Shown here one piece after another: positions 48,295 through 61,303 of a stretch of DNA of 64,000 nucleotides. Every line of letters begins with the position of its first letter. Position 1 is the stretch's first letter. The notes beneath the pieces were generated by a model. The model saw nothing but the letters and a program-made list of their open reading frames with translations. It searched no databases and was not told the origin of the DNA. The stretch covers positions 372,001 to 436,000 of the forward strand of contig CDLV01000011.1 of NCBI GenBank assembly GCA_001244265.2, in the 5' to 3' direction. This DNA comes from Microbotryum violaceum. Its lineage: Eukaryota. The translations under genes were made by a program, and so were the position numbers.

Positions 48295-51200
48295 ATGGCC
48301 TCGGTCTCGCCTCCGGATGGTCATGGCCCGCCCTCGTCCAGCACGAGCCCTCTTGAGGGCAGCACGAGTTCCAGCACGGGTGCGATCCGAACGACATCGG
48401 GCACCAACATTGGCGGCGACGCGGCCAGCAGCAGTGAAGCCAGTGGGATACCCCGGACGGGGCAGCGTGCCATCACCAGGTGAGTCTCGTGGAGTTGACA
48501 CGGAGTTGTATTAATATAGTTCAGTCGACTGATCATAGCTGCGGATCGTCCGCCTGCCCCGCAGCTGCACGTATTGCTATCGTCGCAAGGTAAGGCACGT
48601 CCGGAATCTCTCGTTGAGCTTGTCCGCGGATTAGATCACTCAGGCCATTCGCGGCTCGCAATCGACTAATCGCATGGTCCAAAATGTATCTCGTCCACGC
48701 CGCCCGCCTGCCGGTAACCTCGTCTGCCTCCCGCACCGAGTACATGGTTCATCCAATGACACCTGCTGTCACTGTGGTAGACTCCTCTTTGTCTAGCCCT
48801 GTGCTTAGGGGTAGGCACAGGCTTCCCCTCGGAAATTCGGATCTCGGAAACTCGGATCGGCGACCACCCCCACCCATGCCTCCTGCCTTGCGACCCGCCA
48901 AAGTCCGCTTAGCTCCTCAGCGCACGTGACGGCTGATCCCCCAATCTGCCGTGCGAACTCGCAGATACGATGCAACAAAGAGTTCCCGTGCAGCAATTGC
49001 ATTGCAAGAGGTATATCGGACCAATGTCATAGAGAGTGAGGCACCATACATCTCGCGCCTCACTAGTCCCGTCTAGAAAGTACTCAACCCCTATTCCTCG
49101 CTGCTTCACATCCATCGGTCCACAGACCCGTTGTCGTGCGCGGACACGTCGTCGGCGGACCCCAGGAAAGGTCACCTCTTACATTCGAGCAACTGAATCA
49201 AGAAAACGTCGCTTTACGCAAGAAAGCCGCCGCCCAAGAACGACAAATCAACGCCTTGCTTAGGGCCCAAAAACAAGCTTCCAAGGGAGGTCAAGCCGGC
49301 ACGCCGCAAGCATCCGCACTCGCTTTGAGACCGGAATCTCGCGAGGGATCCTATGCTGGGTTTCACGACTCCCCCATAAGTGGTCTGGCTCCAACCTCTG
49401 GAGCAGCTCCCTTAACGTCCATCCAACCCCCCGGCGCGCTTGAATCGTGCGAGCTGGACGTACTGGGCCTGAGGGACCCCAAAAACCATAATGTGAGACT
49501 CCTTCTCACGGTCCTTCACAGTTTGATCTTGTAAAATATGCTGATTTCTTGATTCGTTGCGGGGGCTAGGCACCCTTCTCATCAGACGGCAAAAGCTCGC
49601 TCCGCTCAGATATCCCGTCGCACCACACCGTTCCATTGCTCGACCTCGTGCCGATCGAGACGAGCACCTTTTTGGTCGAGAACCATTTCCGGCTACTCGA
49701 ATGGGTGCATTGCGTCGTTCACGTGCCCAGCTTCCTGCAAGAACATGCGTTGTGGTTGGACTGCCTTCGAAGAGGCGAAAGGGAGCGGGTACCCCGGTAT
49801 GACGTCCTAGCGAGATGTGAGTGTACTGTGAACGTCGGGACGGGACGTTTTGCTCATCCCAAATTTGCACTTTCATCATCAGATTTTGCGATTATCGCCG
49901 TACGTGACCGTAATCCCGCGAGTTGCCGCACTCCGCGCCCGACTGACCATTGCTTGCAAAACCGAGCAGTCGACGCTATACTTTCTCGACGTCGAACATG
50001 GAGCTCAGATCGGCTACACAGCAGAAGACATGGTCTCACTTCCTCGAATCTGGTTCAACGCGTCCCTCGAAGCACTGCAACGCTCCGATTTCTTATGTCA
50101 CCCCAGCCTTGAGTCGCTGCAAGCGATCTGCATCCTTCCCCTCATCGGCCATGCGTACGGTGAATCGATCTACTTTGGATCGCTGATGCACTGCGCACTT
50201 GGTCTCGCGCAAAACCTCAAGTTCCATCTCTTGACCGCCGAAGAGCCGAGACCTGGACTGATCAACCGCGAATTGTCTCGGCGGATGTGGAAATGCTTGA
50301 TCATCGCAGAATGGTGAGTCGTGGCGACTAGGCCGGTTGAACGCATCTGTGCTGATATTTGTGGTTCATTCAGTCTCGTACCGGCCAAGAACTGCCAGCC
50401 CTTCAGCCTGTTTTATCCGCCGGCTCAAACCGTCGATCCACTCAACGCGAACGACGAGGACCTTTCCAATGACGTCTCGTGTGTTCCCCGACCTCTGCAC
50501 GAACCGACCATTGTCTCCCACTTGCTCGGTGTCAGTCGCATCGCCGATCTGTTCCGCGAATTCAGCCAAGTCATCTTCTCCTTACCCACGATCGAGGCTC
50601 AGTGGGACTTCGCCATTTCGATCGACAATCGCCTCCTACACCTGCTTGACTTTTGTCCCGCCCTCAAGCCACGAGCCACACCATATCCGACGCACGTTGA
50701 CCTCAACGCTCCGTTCGACTACTTGCCCTGGGCCCGTCACCTGTGGGGCACATTTATCCCACTTCATCGAATCATGTGCCTCCGTCTCTTTCTCGGCAAG
50801 AGCTACCACGACTCGCAATTTTTGCCGGCGCGTCAAATCTGCTTGAACTCTGCGCGTGAGTTCTTTGCCGAACGAAGACGGCCCACACCAAAGATGTACA
50901 GGAAGTCATGGCACGTGTCATCGTTGACCGTGATCGCGGGAATGGTTTTGGGCACCGAACTCATTCACGGTCGACCCGACCCGGCTTCGGCGTTGGGCCT
51001 CCGCGCCGAAGTGATTGAAGCGATGCAACATCTGGCCGATCCCGGCAACGCCATGACCCAGCGTGGGATTGAGCTCCTCCAGTCGATGATCATCGAACAC
51101 GATCGTCAGTCGAGCGACTTTATCGAACCTGCTCCACGAACTCACCAGGTGCCACCCTCTGCACCTACTATTAGTCACTTGATCAACAACCGATATCCGA

Positions 51201-51559
51201 TTTCTCCCCCGATGCCCTCACCGACACAGGATGTTCGTTCACCACAACCCCTTGTCAATAACCATGGCAACGGTCAGATGACCCCCATGCCCATGAATCC
51301 CGCGATGGCCGCACCTCACGGCATGCCAACCCATTGGGCCATTCCACAACCCGCGTTCCCACCGACCTTCCCTACCGCAGCTCAAGTCCCCGCCCTCGAA
51401 GCGCTGTGGCCTAGCTCAACCAACGAACAACAAGATTGGTCATGGTTGACCGGATCAACAGAGTGGCCGACAACACTGTTCACCGACGTAGATGGCCAAG
51501 TCGCTGAACCTCATGCATCTTGGTTCGGCGCGGGGCAAACCCTCCCTTCTGTGCTATAG
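48295..51559 (+). CDS. Zn(II)2Cys6 fungal transcription factor with middle homology region
   Basis: Splicing yields CTYCYRRKIRCNKEFPCSNCIARGISDQC, a coiled coil, then ELSRRMWKCLIIAEW and a fungal-TF domain. Confidence 0.9.
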
Positions 51560-51819
51560 CCTCGCGGTGCCCCTCTTCATATGCATATCCCCGTACTTCT
51601 TTTGGCTCTGCAAAGTGCCCGTAAGATGCGCCTCTTCCGTACGGCCTTTTCTTGCTTCTAGCTTCTTTTTCCTTAGCGTGTAGCCCCTTCTGAATTCGTA
51701 GTGAGTCGTCCGTAGTTAGAAGTCGTACCCGCCTTTGTATGTTGGAAAACCATGTGTCATATAGTTTTTCCCTTTTTTTGGAACCCATCCTATCGTGCTC
51801 GGACTCGATGCTGCTTCTC

Positions 51820-51882
51820 GAGTGGACGGAGTGAACGGAGTGGACGGAGTGAACGGAGTGGACGGAGTGAACGGAGTGGACG
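51820..51882. repeat. Minisatellite (GAGTGGACG GAGTGAACG) x3.5 between convergent genes
   Basis: Seven alternating 9-bp units read directly. Confidence 0.92.
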
Positions 51883-52038
51883 AAGTCCATCGGGTCAGGT
51901 CGCACTCTGGTTTTCTCTCTCTCTCTCTGCGAGTCGCTCGTTCTCGGGACAGCACATAGCGAGCCCTTCGAGCTATGATTCCAGTAAACAACAAAAGGGA
52001 AAGCTCAAGACGCATCATTTCGGGAACGCAGTGTCCGA

Positions 52039-53107
52039 TTAAAGCTTGGCTTGACCCTCGACTGTGAAGAGGTAAATATGGTGTCAGCAACGAGCCGAAT
52101 CTTATGGGAAGTAGCCGAAGGAAAAGGGACGTACCGGAACCCTGTATGACAAGTGTTGCAAGATCCAGAGTGGAGAAAAAGCAGAATGTTAGCCTCCGTC
52201 CCGAAAGATCGAGGTACGAGTGCAAAGGTGCGCTAACGATGAGCATCTTAGCCGCGGTCTTGGTCAAGATCTTCTTGCTGTGGAATTTCCAGAACGAGTC
52301 GGACGAGTCCTTGCCGCACGAGCTGGAGGAGGACCACGTAAAAAGGATCAGTTTTAGTTCGGAGCCGGCCAGTTGGGTGACGCAATTGGGGCACTTGAGT
52401 CGGTCGACCTTACTTGAGCAGGATCTTCTTTCCTCCTTTGAGTGAGAGGAAGCGTCGTGGGTCGCAGAGAAGGTCAGCTATGCTGAACGCAACGCACTGC
52501 CAGACGAACAAACATACCAGGGTGATCCTCCTATTAGATTTACAGGGGTAAAGGCAGAATAAGTCAGTAGGTCCCAACCTTCCGACCACGTCTAAAGGCG
52601 GGGCACGTGACGCACCAAGAACTCGGTAACATCGTAAACACCGCCATCGACGATGGTCCATGCCGACTCGGCAGACTTGTGTTTGTTGACTTCGGCCGCG
52701 GAGAAGGTCTGATGGAGTGATGATTGTGAGACGAAAAGTCGATAACGGAGCGTTCGTTGCGTGATTCGGGTCGATGGAACAAGCCAAGCGCGAGCCAAGC
52801 CCGCTCCGACGGTGGAGTGAGACGGGTGAGAGCGGGGGTGGTGGGTCAGAGGGCAGGAGAGAGTCAGTGATTTGTACGCTAGATGCACGTGCTGCAGTCT
52901 GCCATTCATTTTGGATCCGCGTGTCGCGTCGTTCACCCGTGCCAACTCGTACCAACCCGCTTCGATTCGATCGGAACGACGGCACCGGCATCAGGACGTT
53001 GCCGGGCGACGAGTCTCACGTGTTGCCGGCGATACGAACGCGCGGGGGCAGTAGGCTTTTATCTGAGGTATGCCTGAGTCAGAGCAATCGTTACTCACCT
53101 TTCCCAT
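52039..53107 (-). CDS. Soluble cytochrome b5 heme-binding protein (83 aa, 7 exons) with C-terminal PTS1 (AKL)
   Basis: Exons of 9, 93, 13, 22, 85, 7 and 23 nt give [58 protein letters not shown]. Confidence 0.88.
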
Positions 53108-53591
53108 GATGATTCGAAGGTGAATTGACGGGTGAGGCGGTGGCGTGGAAGATCTCAAGAGCGAAGACAGCCGAGCTCAACGAGCAACTTGCCTTCATTC
53201 GTGTGTGCGCTGATTGGCTCAAGAAACGCCAGATACGGCCAGATGAGCGGGGCGCGAGATCGCGCGTTTGCTTCGGTTCGCCCTAGCCCCTCCTGGATCA
53301 CGCCGCAGAGAACTTTGGTTTTCGGTTTCGTTCTCAAGTTGTTGTCTCCGAGTTGCTTCATCTCGCGAATGATATATAGTACAATACACATAAACAATTG
53401 GTAATAGTGCTGCGCGATGGCGGATAAATAAAAAAAGTCGCTCCGAAGAGGAACTAGGAGGAAAAGAGGGGTAAACTACTGATCATCCGTCCTCGCGCCA
53501 TCTCGAACAACAAAATTCTGCACGCACAAAGGGGTAGGTGAATATGCGAAATGAGGGAAGAGGAGGTTGTAAAGTCAAGATCCCATGTTGT

Positions 53592-55896
53592 CTATGAAGG
53601 GATAGGCAGTTGAGGACAGGCCACCGCGGCCAGCACGGTAGGGGGTGTTAGGCCACGCATGCGATGCCAGTGCTGCGCCAGCGCGAGCAGCGAAGCTTGC
53701 TCGGCTTGGGTGTGTCCGTTCGGGTAATAGATCGAGTAACCATCATTCTGTAATGAGTTAACTGTCAGCAAAAAGTTCGCGAGCTTGAATCTGGCCGAAT
53801 AGGGCGTACATGATATATCCAGTTGCAGCACTGTCCATCGTGGGACATAAGATTCCATGCCATCGATCCGGACGAGCCCCAACTCTCGATCGTCGAATAG
53901 AACGATGCCATATCCGATCCCCCTTTCATTCCCGTCCAGTCCAATTCACCGATAAAGAAGCTCTTCAAATAGGATCCCATCATCGTTTGGCCCTTGGACA
54001 AAAGCCAGTCGAGTGCCGGATAGAAATGGTCGGTCACGACGTCAACGTTGGCGACCGACACACCGGTGTTTCGGAGGAACCCGCTCGAGTCGACGAGGCC
54101 ATTAGTGCCATCAAAAATGAGATGGTTCGGTGCAATTGACTTGATATAAGAGGCAATGTTGGACGTCCAGGTCGCAGGAGGGGCGCCAGCACCAAGCATG
54201 TAAGCGCCGAACTCGTTTCCGGTCTCCCAGCCCAAGATCGTCGGATCGTCCTTGAGTGCGACTCCGGTGTAGGTATTGACGTGGTTCAGATACATTTTGA
54301 TGTAATCCTTGAAAATCTTCACGATGTCCGAGTTCCAATAGAACGAGTTGCCGTCCGAGGTGTCCCCTCCGGCCCACCTGTAACACCAAAGGCAGCGAGG
54401 TTATTGGGGGATTGCACGGAGATACGCTGCGCAGTGATGATCTATCCCAGACGGACCTTATAAAGTCGTACTTGCCTCCATGGTCTGGATGCAGAAGTGA
54501 CAATATTCATTAGCATTGAAACGGATGGCGAAATGACGCTACGGTCGCGCATACAATACGTATACTGATCTAAAGCCCGGGATGTGGTACAACGCGAAGT
54601 CAGTTCAGTTGCTCCAGTTACAACCGCGAGGCGAAAAGATGAACTCACCCGTGAACGGAATGATCAACCGAAGGCCATAAGCTCTTGCAGCGTAGATCGC
54701 ATAGTCAATAGTATCGAACTGAATAGGAAGACGACCCCGTACTCAGTATCCGCAGCAAAAACCATGGCGATTCAAGCCGCCCAGACCCACAGCGTTTAAG
54801 TTGGTACTGTAAGCGTTAGGCCAGACACTCAACGAGTTGCCAGTGCTGGCGAAAAGAAGCATAAAAGACGTCAGTAGAGATCAAGAAGAGCAAGATCTTG
54901 ATCCTAAGGCTGACCTGACACCCAACGAATGCGAGCGAATCGTGTTGCCGCCCAAAGCAACCGTTACGGCCATCACCTCTCTGATTCGACTCTTGTCCGG
55001 GTAGCTGATCCCGTAGTTGACGTTCTCGTCCAAGCCGAGCCAGTAAGCATCTGAAGGAAGAGAACAAAAAGAACTGTAAGCCCTTCAAGCTGCTCAACGA
55101 TACAGCGTAGCTTCCACGTACTCGGGCCAACGATCCGGTACCCTTTTCCATCGAGTGTCAAATAAGCTCCATTCCTCTTGACGAACGAAGTCGGCACAGC
55201 TCGCCATGCGACGTTCCCGATTCTCGCACCATAGATTACACCCCCAGCCGTGTTGCTATAATAGGGAGCCCCGCATGTCGACGAAGGAGGTTTGGGAAGA
55301 GTGTACCCCGTTGCCGTTGTTGTGACATTGGGGTTTTGCACCGGGGTCGTTGTCGGCGTGGTTGTCGTTTTTGGCATCGTGGTCGTGGTTTCTGTCGTCG
55401 TTGTCGTTGTAGTAGCCGGAGGTACCACAGGAGTGGCAGAATTGCCCTTTGTCGTCGTGCGGGAAGGGGTCGTCGCCGCGGGAGATTTCCTCATCGTCCA
55501 TTTCGGATTCGGTGGCCATCGTTTATCCAGATCGCCCCCACTCCCTTCATTATCCAACATGGACCCAACGTGACCCAAATTCCTCAGAACACTATCACCT
55601 CCAATCATGAACTGTTCATCTTGTGGGAGGTCACCTTCATCGACCCAAGCTGCACGCTCGTAGACCGACGAAAGTGATTCCCCATCCGCCGCAGCATAGA
55701 CGTCGTTCTCGTGCGCCGGACGACCAGCTGCTGCTGCAGCAGCTGCATCATGAGCTGTCCCTGACGAAGGACCCGAATGGGCCGAGACGAAGAATGAAGA
55801 CCGTAAAGAAGAGGAGGAAGAAAGGTCTTGGGGGAGAGCGGTCCATCGCAGCACCGAATAAGCCAATGTCAAGACGACGACGCGAGGTGTCAACAT
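53592..55896 (-). CDS. Glycoside hydrolase family 5 (endo-beta-1,4-mannanase-like), secreted
   Basis: Hydrophobic N-terminus, KR site, Thr-rich linker, NAYWLGLDEN, YHGGKYDF, KDDPTILGWETGNE (acid/base Glu), TDHFYP, FIGELDW (nucleophile). Confidence 0.9.
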
Positions 55897-56447
55897 GGCG
55901 GTCGCAGCGCAGGCGCAATTCCGGAGTGCGATCGAGGTGCGAGAAATGGAAGGAGTCTCCTATAATTGACCGCGGGTGAGACAAGCCGGGTAGGTCAAAG
56001 CAAGGTCGTCGAGGCGGAAGCGGATGGAGGAGGGACGTAGCGGGTGTCGGACCTGTTAGAGGAGGCAACACTGCCACCCAGCCTTTCATTTCATCGTGCA
56101 TCGCGATCCTGGCTAAACTAGCTGGCTGAACCTTCCCGGCGCGCCCGCTCTCCGACGACGCGTCGCGCGCCAATATGCGCCGACGCCCGTTTTTTTTTTC
56201 GCTGCCGTGACTCAACAACCGCGGAGTCGGCCGCACGTGGCGGCGTCATGGCGGTGCACATCAACCGCCTGCATGGGTAATGCAGTTGCGAAAATTATAT
56301 TGGTCAAGCGGGTTGCACGTGGATATGTTGGTACTCGAGAATAATGCTGGCAATACATGGGGAATTTGTGGGTGAATCTAGTCAAGCTTAGAAATGAATA
56401 ACGCTCTAACAATTACGAAGGACAATCGCGGCTTTTTGGCGGGCGCT

Positions 56448-58686
56448 CTAAAGCCACTCGATGGTGCCAGGGGGCTTGCTCGAGATGTCGTACACGCATC
56501 GGTTCTGTGGGAAATTGAATAGGATTAGTGTTGAATATGGGTCAAAAGATCCGAGAGGGCTCACAACGCCGTTAACTTCGTTCGTGATGCGCGACGAGAT
56601 CTTGCGCAGCACAGCAGGGGGAAAGTCGAACCAATCGGCGGTCATGAAATCTTCCGAAGCCACAGCCCGCAGAGCAATGACCTGGTCGTATGTCCTTCGG
56701 TCGCCCTGGACGCCGACAGCACGAACGGGCAATAATGCAGCGAAAGCCTGAGCGATCTGATCGTACAATCCAGCAGCGCGGATCTCCTCGATGAAGATCA
56801 AGTCGGCGTGTTGGGCGATCTTGACTTGTTCGCGAGTGACTTCACCCAAGATACGGATGGCAAGGCCCGGTCCAGGGAAGGGGTGTCGGCCAACGAGGTG
56901 GGCGGGGATGTGCAATAGTCGGCCGAGAGCGCGGACCTCATCTGTTCGTCCCACCGTGAGCATCCTCATTAGTTGAGAGGTTTTGGGCGCCAAGCCAATA
57001 AGTCACGCCGCAAGACGTACCTTTGAAGAGTTCTCGTAGAGGTTCGATCAACTTGAGTTTCATGTTTTCCAGCAAGCCACCGACGTTGTGGTGGGTCTTG
57101 ATTGTCGCACTCGGACCCTTGAACGAGATCGATTCGATCACGTCGGGGTACAAGGTACCCTGCAACAACCACTCGATCTCTCCTCCTTCGGCACCCGTGT
57201 CCTTGACCGCCTTCTCCAAACGAGCGGCCTCCTCCTCAAAGACCTCGATAAAGGTGTTGCCAATGATCTTGCGCTTCTTCTCCGGATCCTCGACGCCCTT
57301 GAGCTTGTCCAAGAATCGATCGGACGCGTCAATGACAGTCAAATTGACGCCGAGGTCTTCGCACAGCATCTTGTGCACTTGAGAAGCCTCGTTCATGCGC
57401 AAGACACCGTTGTCGACCATGATGGCGTGGAAGCGGTCGCCGATCGCCTCGTGCATCAGCTTGGCCGCTACCGACGAGTCGACACCACCCGAAACGGCAC
57501 CGATAACTTGACCCTTTGGGCCGACGAGATCTCGGATTCGTTGGATCTCCTTGTCGATAAAAGCGTCCTGTAGTCTCGCATTTACTTTTCAGCCTCGAGT
57601 GAATCATTCTTCCTAGTGGTGATGACCGATGCGGTACTGACCATGGTCCATTCCCGCTTGCACTCGCAAATGTTGATGACGAATCGCTCGATGACCTCGC
57701 GACCGCAGAGACTGTGGGTGACTTCGGGGTGGAACTGCACGCCATAGATGGGCTTCTCGATGTGGGCGAGGGCGGCAAAGGGAGCGTTGTCGGTCGTAGC
57801 GATGATGGAGAACCCTTCGGGAAGCGAGTGAAGACGATCCGAGTGGGACATCCAAACCTGTCAATATCCCCGAAAGCGTGAGCGATCCTCTTCTTAAAAG
57901 TTTGAAATGCAACGGAGTTGATTTACCTGACTTCCACTGGCGATGCCTTCGAAGAGCTTGTCCATGTGCGGCGAAGCACCGGCAGGCTGCTTGACGATCT
58001 CAATCTTGGCCTCGCCGTACTCGCGGTGCTCCGAAGGTTGGACCGTGGCGCCGTGGTAGTGGCCGGTTTCCTAGCAGCAAAGACAGGGGTTTTCCGTTAG
58101 TTCCCGAAGTCTTCCACGAGGACTCGGGAGGCGACTGACCTGGAGACCGTAGCAGATGCCGAGAACGGGCACGCCGTAGCTGAAGACGGCGGGGTCGACA
58201 CGCGGCGCATCCTTATCGTAGACCGAGTAGGGCGAGCCGGACAGGATGATACCTAGCACTCAAATTAAACACATCTTGGTTCAGTATAGATCATGACACG
58301 ATGATGGCCCACGCCACTTCGTACACCACCACAAGACCTTGCTCAGGAATCCGAAAGCTGGTCTTCGGGTCGAGCTGCACGAGTCGAGGCGTCGTTCGCT
58401 CACCCTTGGGCTTCCACTTGAGGTCGGCCATCTTCTGGGTGCAAGGCAACATCTCGCAATAGACGTTGAGTTCCCGACATCTTCGAGTGATCAAGTGCGA
58501 GTACTGAGATCTGTTGGCACACGTTCACAGATCAACCGAGCAGCGTCCAATCGCGAAAGGCGGGGAAGAAGAGCGATCAACTCAGCCCCTCTCTCGCAAG
58601 TTTGTACACGATCATGTCGCAACTACTGACCCGAAATCAAGAACAAGGATCGTAGGCATGGCCTCGGCCATCGTAGGAGCGACCAT
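56448..58686 (-). CDS. GUA1: GMP synthase (glutamine-hydrolysing)
   Basis: [62 protein letters not shown]. Confidence 0.97.
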
Positions 58687-58949
58687 CTTTGTATTATCCA
58701 AGCGGGTGGGGAGAGGCAGAGGTCTCGAAAGCGGGAGTCGCGTCGTTGCGAAGGAGCGGAGCGAACGACGAGCGCGATCACTTCATTTCGAGTCAAGCCG
58801 TGTAGCTTTCGGCGGAGAACTGGGTGAGACAACATCGGTATGCCGTCGGCTTGGCTCAGACAGGATTTTCCTCTTCGGTGCGTCTCAAGATAAATTTGTG
58901 GGCATCGCTTTCTATTTCAAAATGTTACCATACCTCAACAAGTGCCGGA

Positions 58950-60858
58950 CTAATCATCCGCCATGAGAGCCTCCAGCTCAGCTTCTTCCTCGGCAGTCAA
59001 CAGCGACTCGCCTTTCGTCTCCTCCTTCTCGACCTCCACCAGAACCTTCTCCTCCTTCGAAGGTGAAACCAACACATCAGGCCACCTCCATCTCCTCAAT
59101 GTCCCGTCCACACTAGCACTCAAGAGCCAAGCCTCGAGTCGACCCCCTTGTTCCGGAAGTCCAACCTGGGTATAAACGTGCAGATCGACGACGTCGTGCG
59201 AATGCCCTTCGACTTGTCGTACAAGACCAACCATCTTCTCGTCAGCGGGAGATGGGATTCCGGACCACGGAAAAGGAGGATGGGAGGAAGGCGAGATCGA
59301 GTTTAGGTCGAGGATCCGGATAGCTTCGTCGGCGCTGCCGGTCAAGATGTGCGATGAGTTGAGGTTTGGCAAGGCGATTCCGAGGGGTAAAACGGATTTA
59401 AGATGGTATGGGTGGACGATACGCGTCGTCGGTATCGGAGCCGAGGAAGGTGAGGAGGAATCGAACGTCGAAAGAAGCACTGAATTATCAGCCGAGGCTG
59501 CTCAAGATGGAAAAGTTTTCGTATGATGAGTGGTCGACCTCATTGCAACCGCACTCTGATCTCATCACTCACCCGTCCAGATCTCGCCATCACCGACGAC
59601 TAGATCGTAAATCCCAATCTCGTGCGGTCGAGTATCGCTGCGCAGCTCTCCTCGAAGCTGACCCTGCTCATCCCGCCAGAGTTCCCACACCTTGAGCGCA
59701 CCAAGAGAGTCGACCGAGATGAGTGCCACGTGCCCTGTTCGTTCCCTTGGAGCATCTTCGTCGTCGTCGTCGTCGTCTTTACTACGGGACCCGTCGCTTG
59801 ATCGAGGAGTTTGAACGTGATAGTAGGCCAGGCGTTCGATCGGTCGAGTGTGGCCTTTGAGCGAAAGGAGGAACGGCAAAGGTTTGAGACTCTTCGCTGC
59901 GGGCGGTGCGGCTCCTGTTGATGGCAATGTGGGCGGAGACTCTATGCTGGTACTTGTGGATGTCTCTTCTTCGATCTCGTTCTCGGGCTCATCCTCTGGC
60001 TTGGAGGAGGTGCTGGCGTCTCGATCCGTCGAATCAAAGTCCCACGAGTCGAGAACGGACAGGTCCCACACCCGAATGTCCTTGTCTGACGATCCAGTAC
60101 ATAGTAGCTTCAGCTCTGGAATGACGACGAGGGACTTTACAAAGTCGATGTGTGCGATCGTGGTGGAAAGGAGGCTTTTGTTCTGTGGACACGTCAATCA
60201 GCCTCTTGAGAAAAAGTGACTTTTCACCAGCACCTGAAGGATAGTCTCGAAGAGCTCGACCATAACTCACTGTTGTGTCCCATACTCTGGCACTTTTGTC
60301 CCACGAGCCACTGATCATTAATTGGCGTGATTTGCCTTTAGCCGAGGTCGAGGTGGAAGCCGCCGGTGGGGTATAAAAGTCGAGCGAGGTGACGGGCCCG
60401 AGATGACCTCGGTAGAGTTGCCTGGTTCTTCCCGACTAGAGTTGTGAAAGAGAGACTCTGAGACCGTTTAGCTTTGAGGAAGAGACGGTATGAGCACCAC
60501 GCGAGGCTGCACTCTGCTCGTTCTATCGGAAGTTTGCCCCCAAATGGATCGAGTCGAAAGGAGCGACCTACCTCGAGGTCGAGCCGGCGCACGACAAAGC
60601 CGCTCTCGGCGACCCAAGCTTCTGGGCCCTGGATGGGATGCTGCTTCACAACGACACGTAACGGTACGGTCGAGAGCTTGATGGGATTGCCTGTGGTCTC
60701 GTGCAGCTGAGCTTTGGCGACGCGGTACGCGGCCCGGGCGTGTTGGGCATCCGATTGGAAGAGCTTGTTGGTGTCGCTGCGAGGGGTAGCAGAGAGGGGG
60801 TGCGTCAGTACGGAATCTTTGTTACAAACGAGGTCCGAAGTTACTTGGTGAGCGACAT
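58950..60858 (-). CDS. WD40 repeat protein
   Basis: GHLGPVTSL, ISGSWDKSARVWD, AHIDFVKSL..TGSSDKDIRVWD, TGSADEAIRILD, SASVDGTLRRW; acidic tail LLTAEEEAELEALMADD*. Confidence 0.88.
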
Positions 60859-61303
60859 GTCGGCACGGCTGTGGGACGATGACCTGCGTGTGCGCCTCTC
60901 CGGTTTCGGTTCGCGCCTCGGCCCTCGGCGTTGCGAAAGCCAACGCTGAGCGACTTGCCGCCGCCGCCAGCCGCCGCCCTGCCAGGCCCTGCCGCGCGGC
61001 TCGTGGCCCAGGGCGCGTCGAGCACATGCGCGCTCGCTTTCTCCTCGCGTCTGGACACCTCACCCTATCCACCTCTACACAGCGAGTCACGGCAGCCCCA
61101 TCGACTAGACCATCAAGACCCGTCTCCTCGGATCAGCGCCCAACCGTCTCCGCGTGATTCTCTCAGCCCAGGCATTCTCCCGTCGTCTCGCGCCGCCCGC
61201 CGATTTTCCTCAATTTACGCGCTCACGTCGCGACACGAGCCCTTGTGGCCCCGCGTCCCACCCGTCCCCCTTCGGAAGCGAAACCCACCCGCACACGCAA
61301 AGG

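Noticed and set aside
51820-51882. Short repeat array as CRISPR or as the HSV-repeat peptide ORF
   Set aside because: No spacers, eukaryotic context; a plain minisatellite between convergent genes
56461-57573. Plus-strand ORFs over GUA1
   Set aside because: Antisense shadows of GUA1 exons
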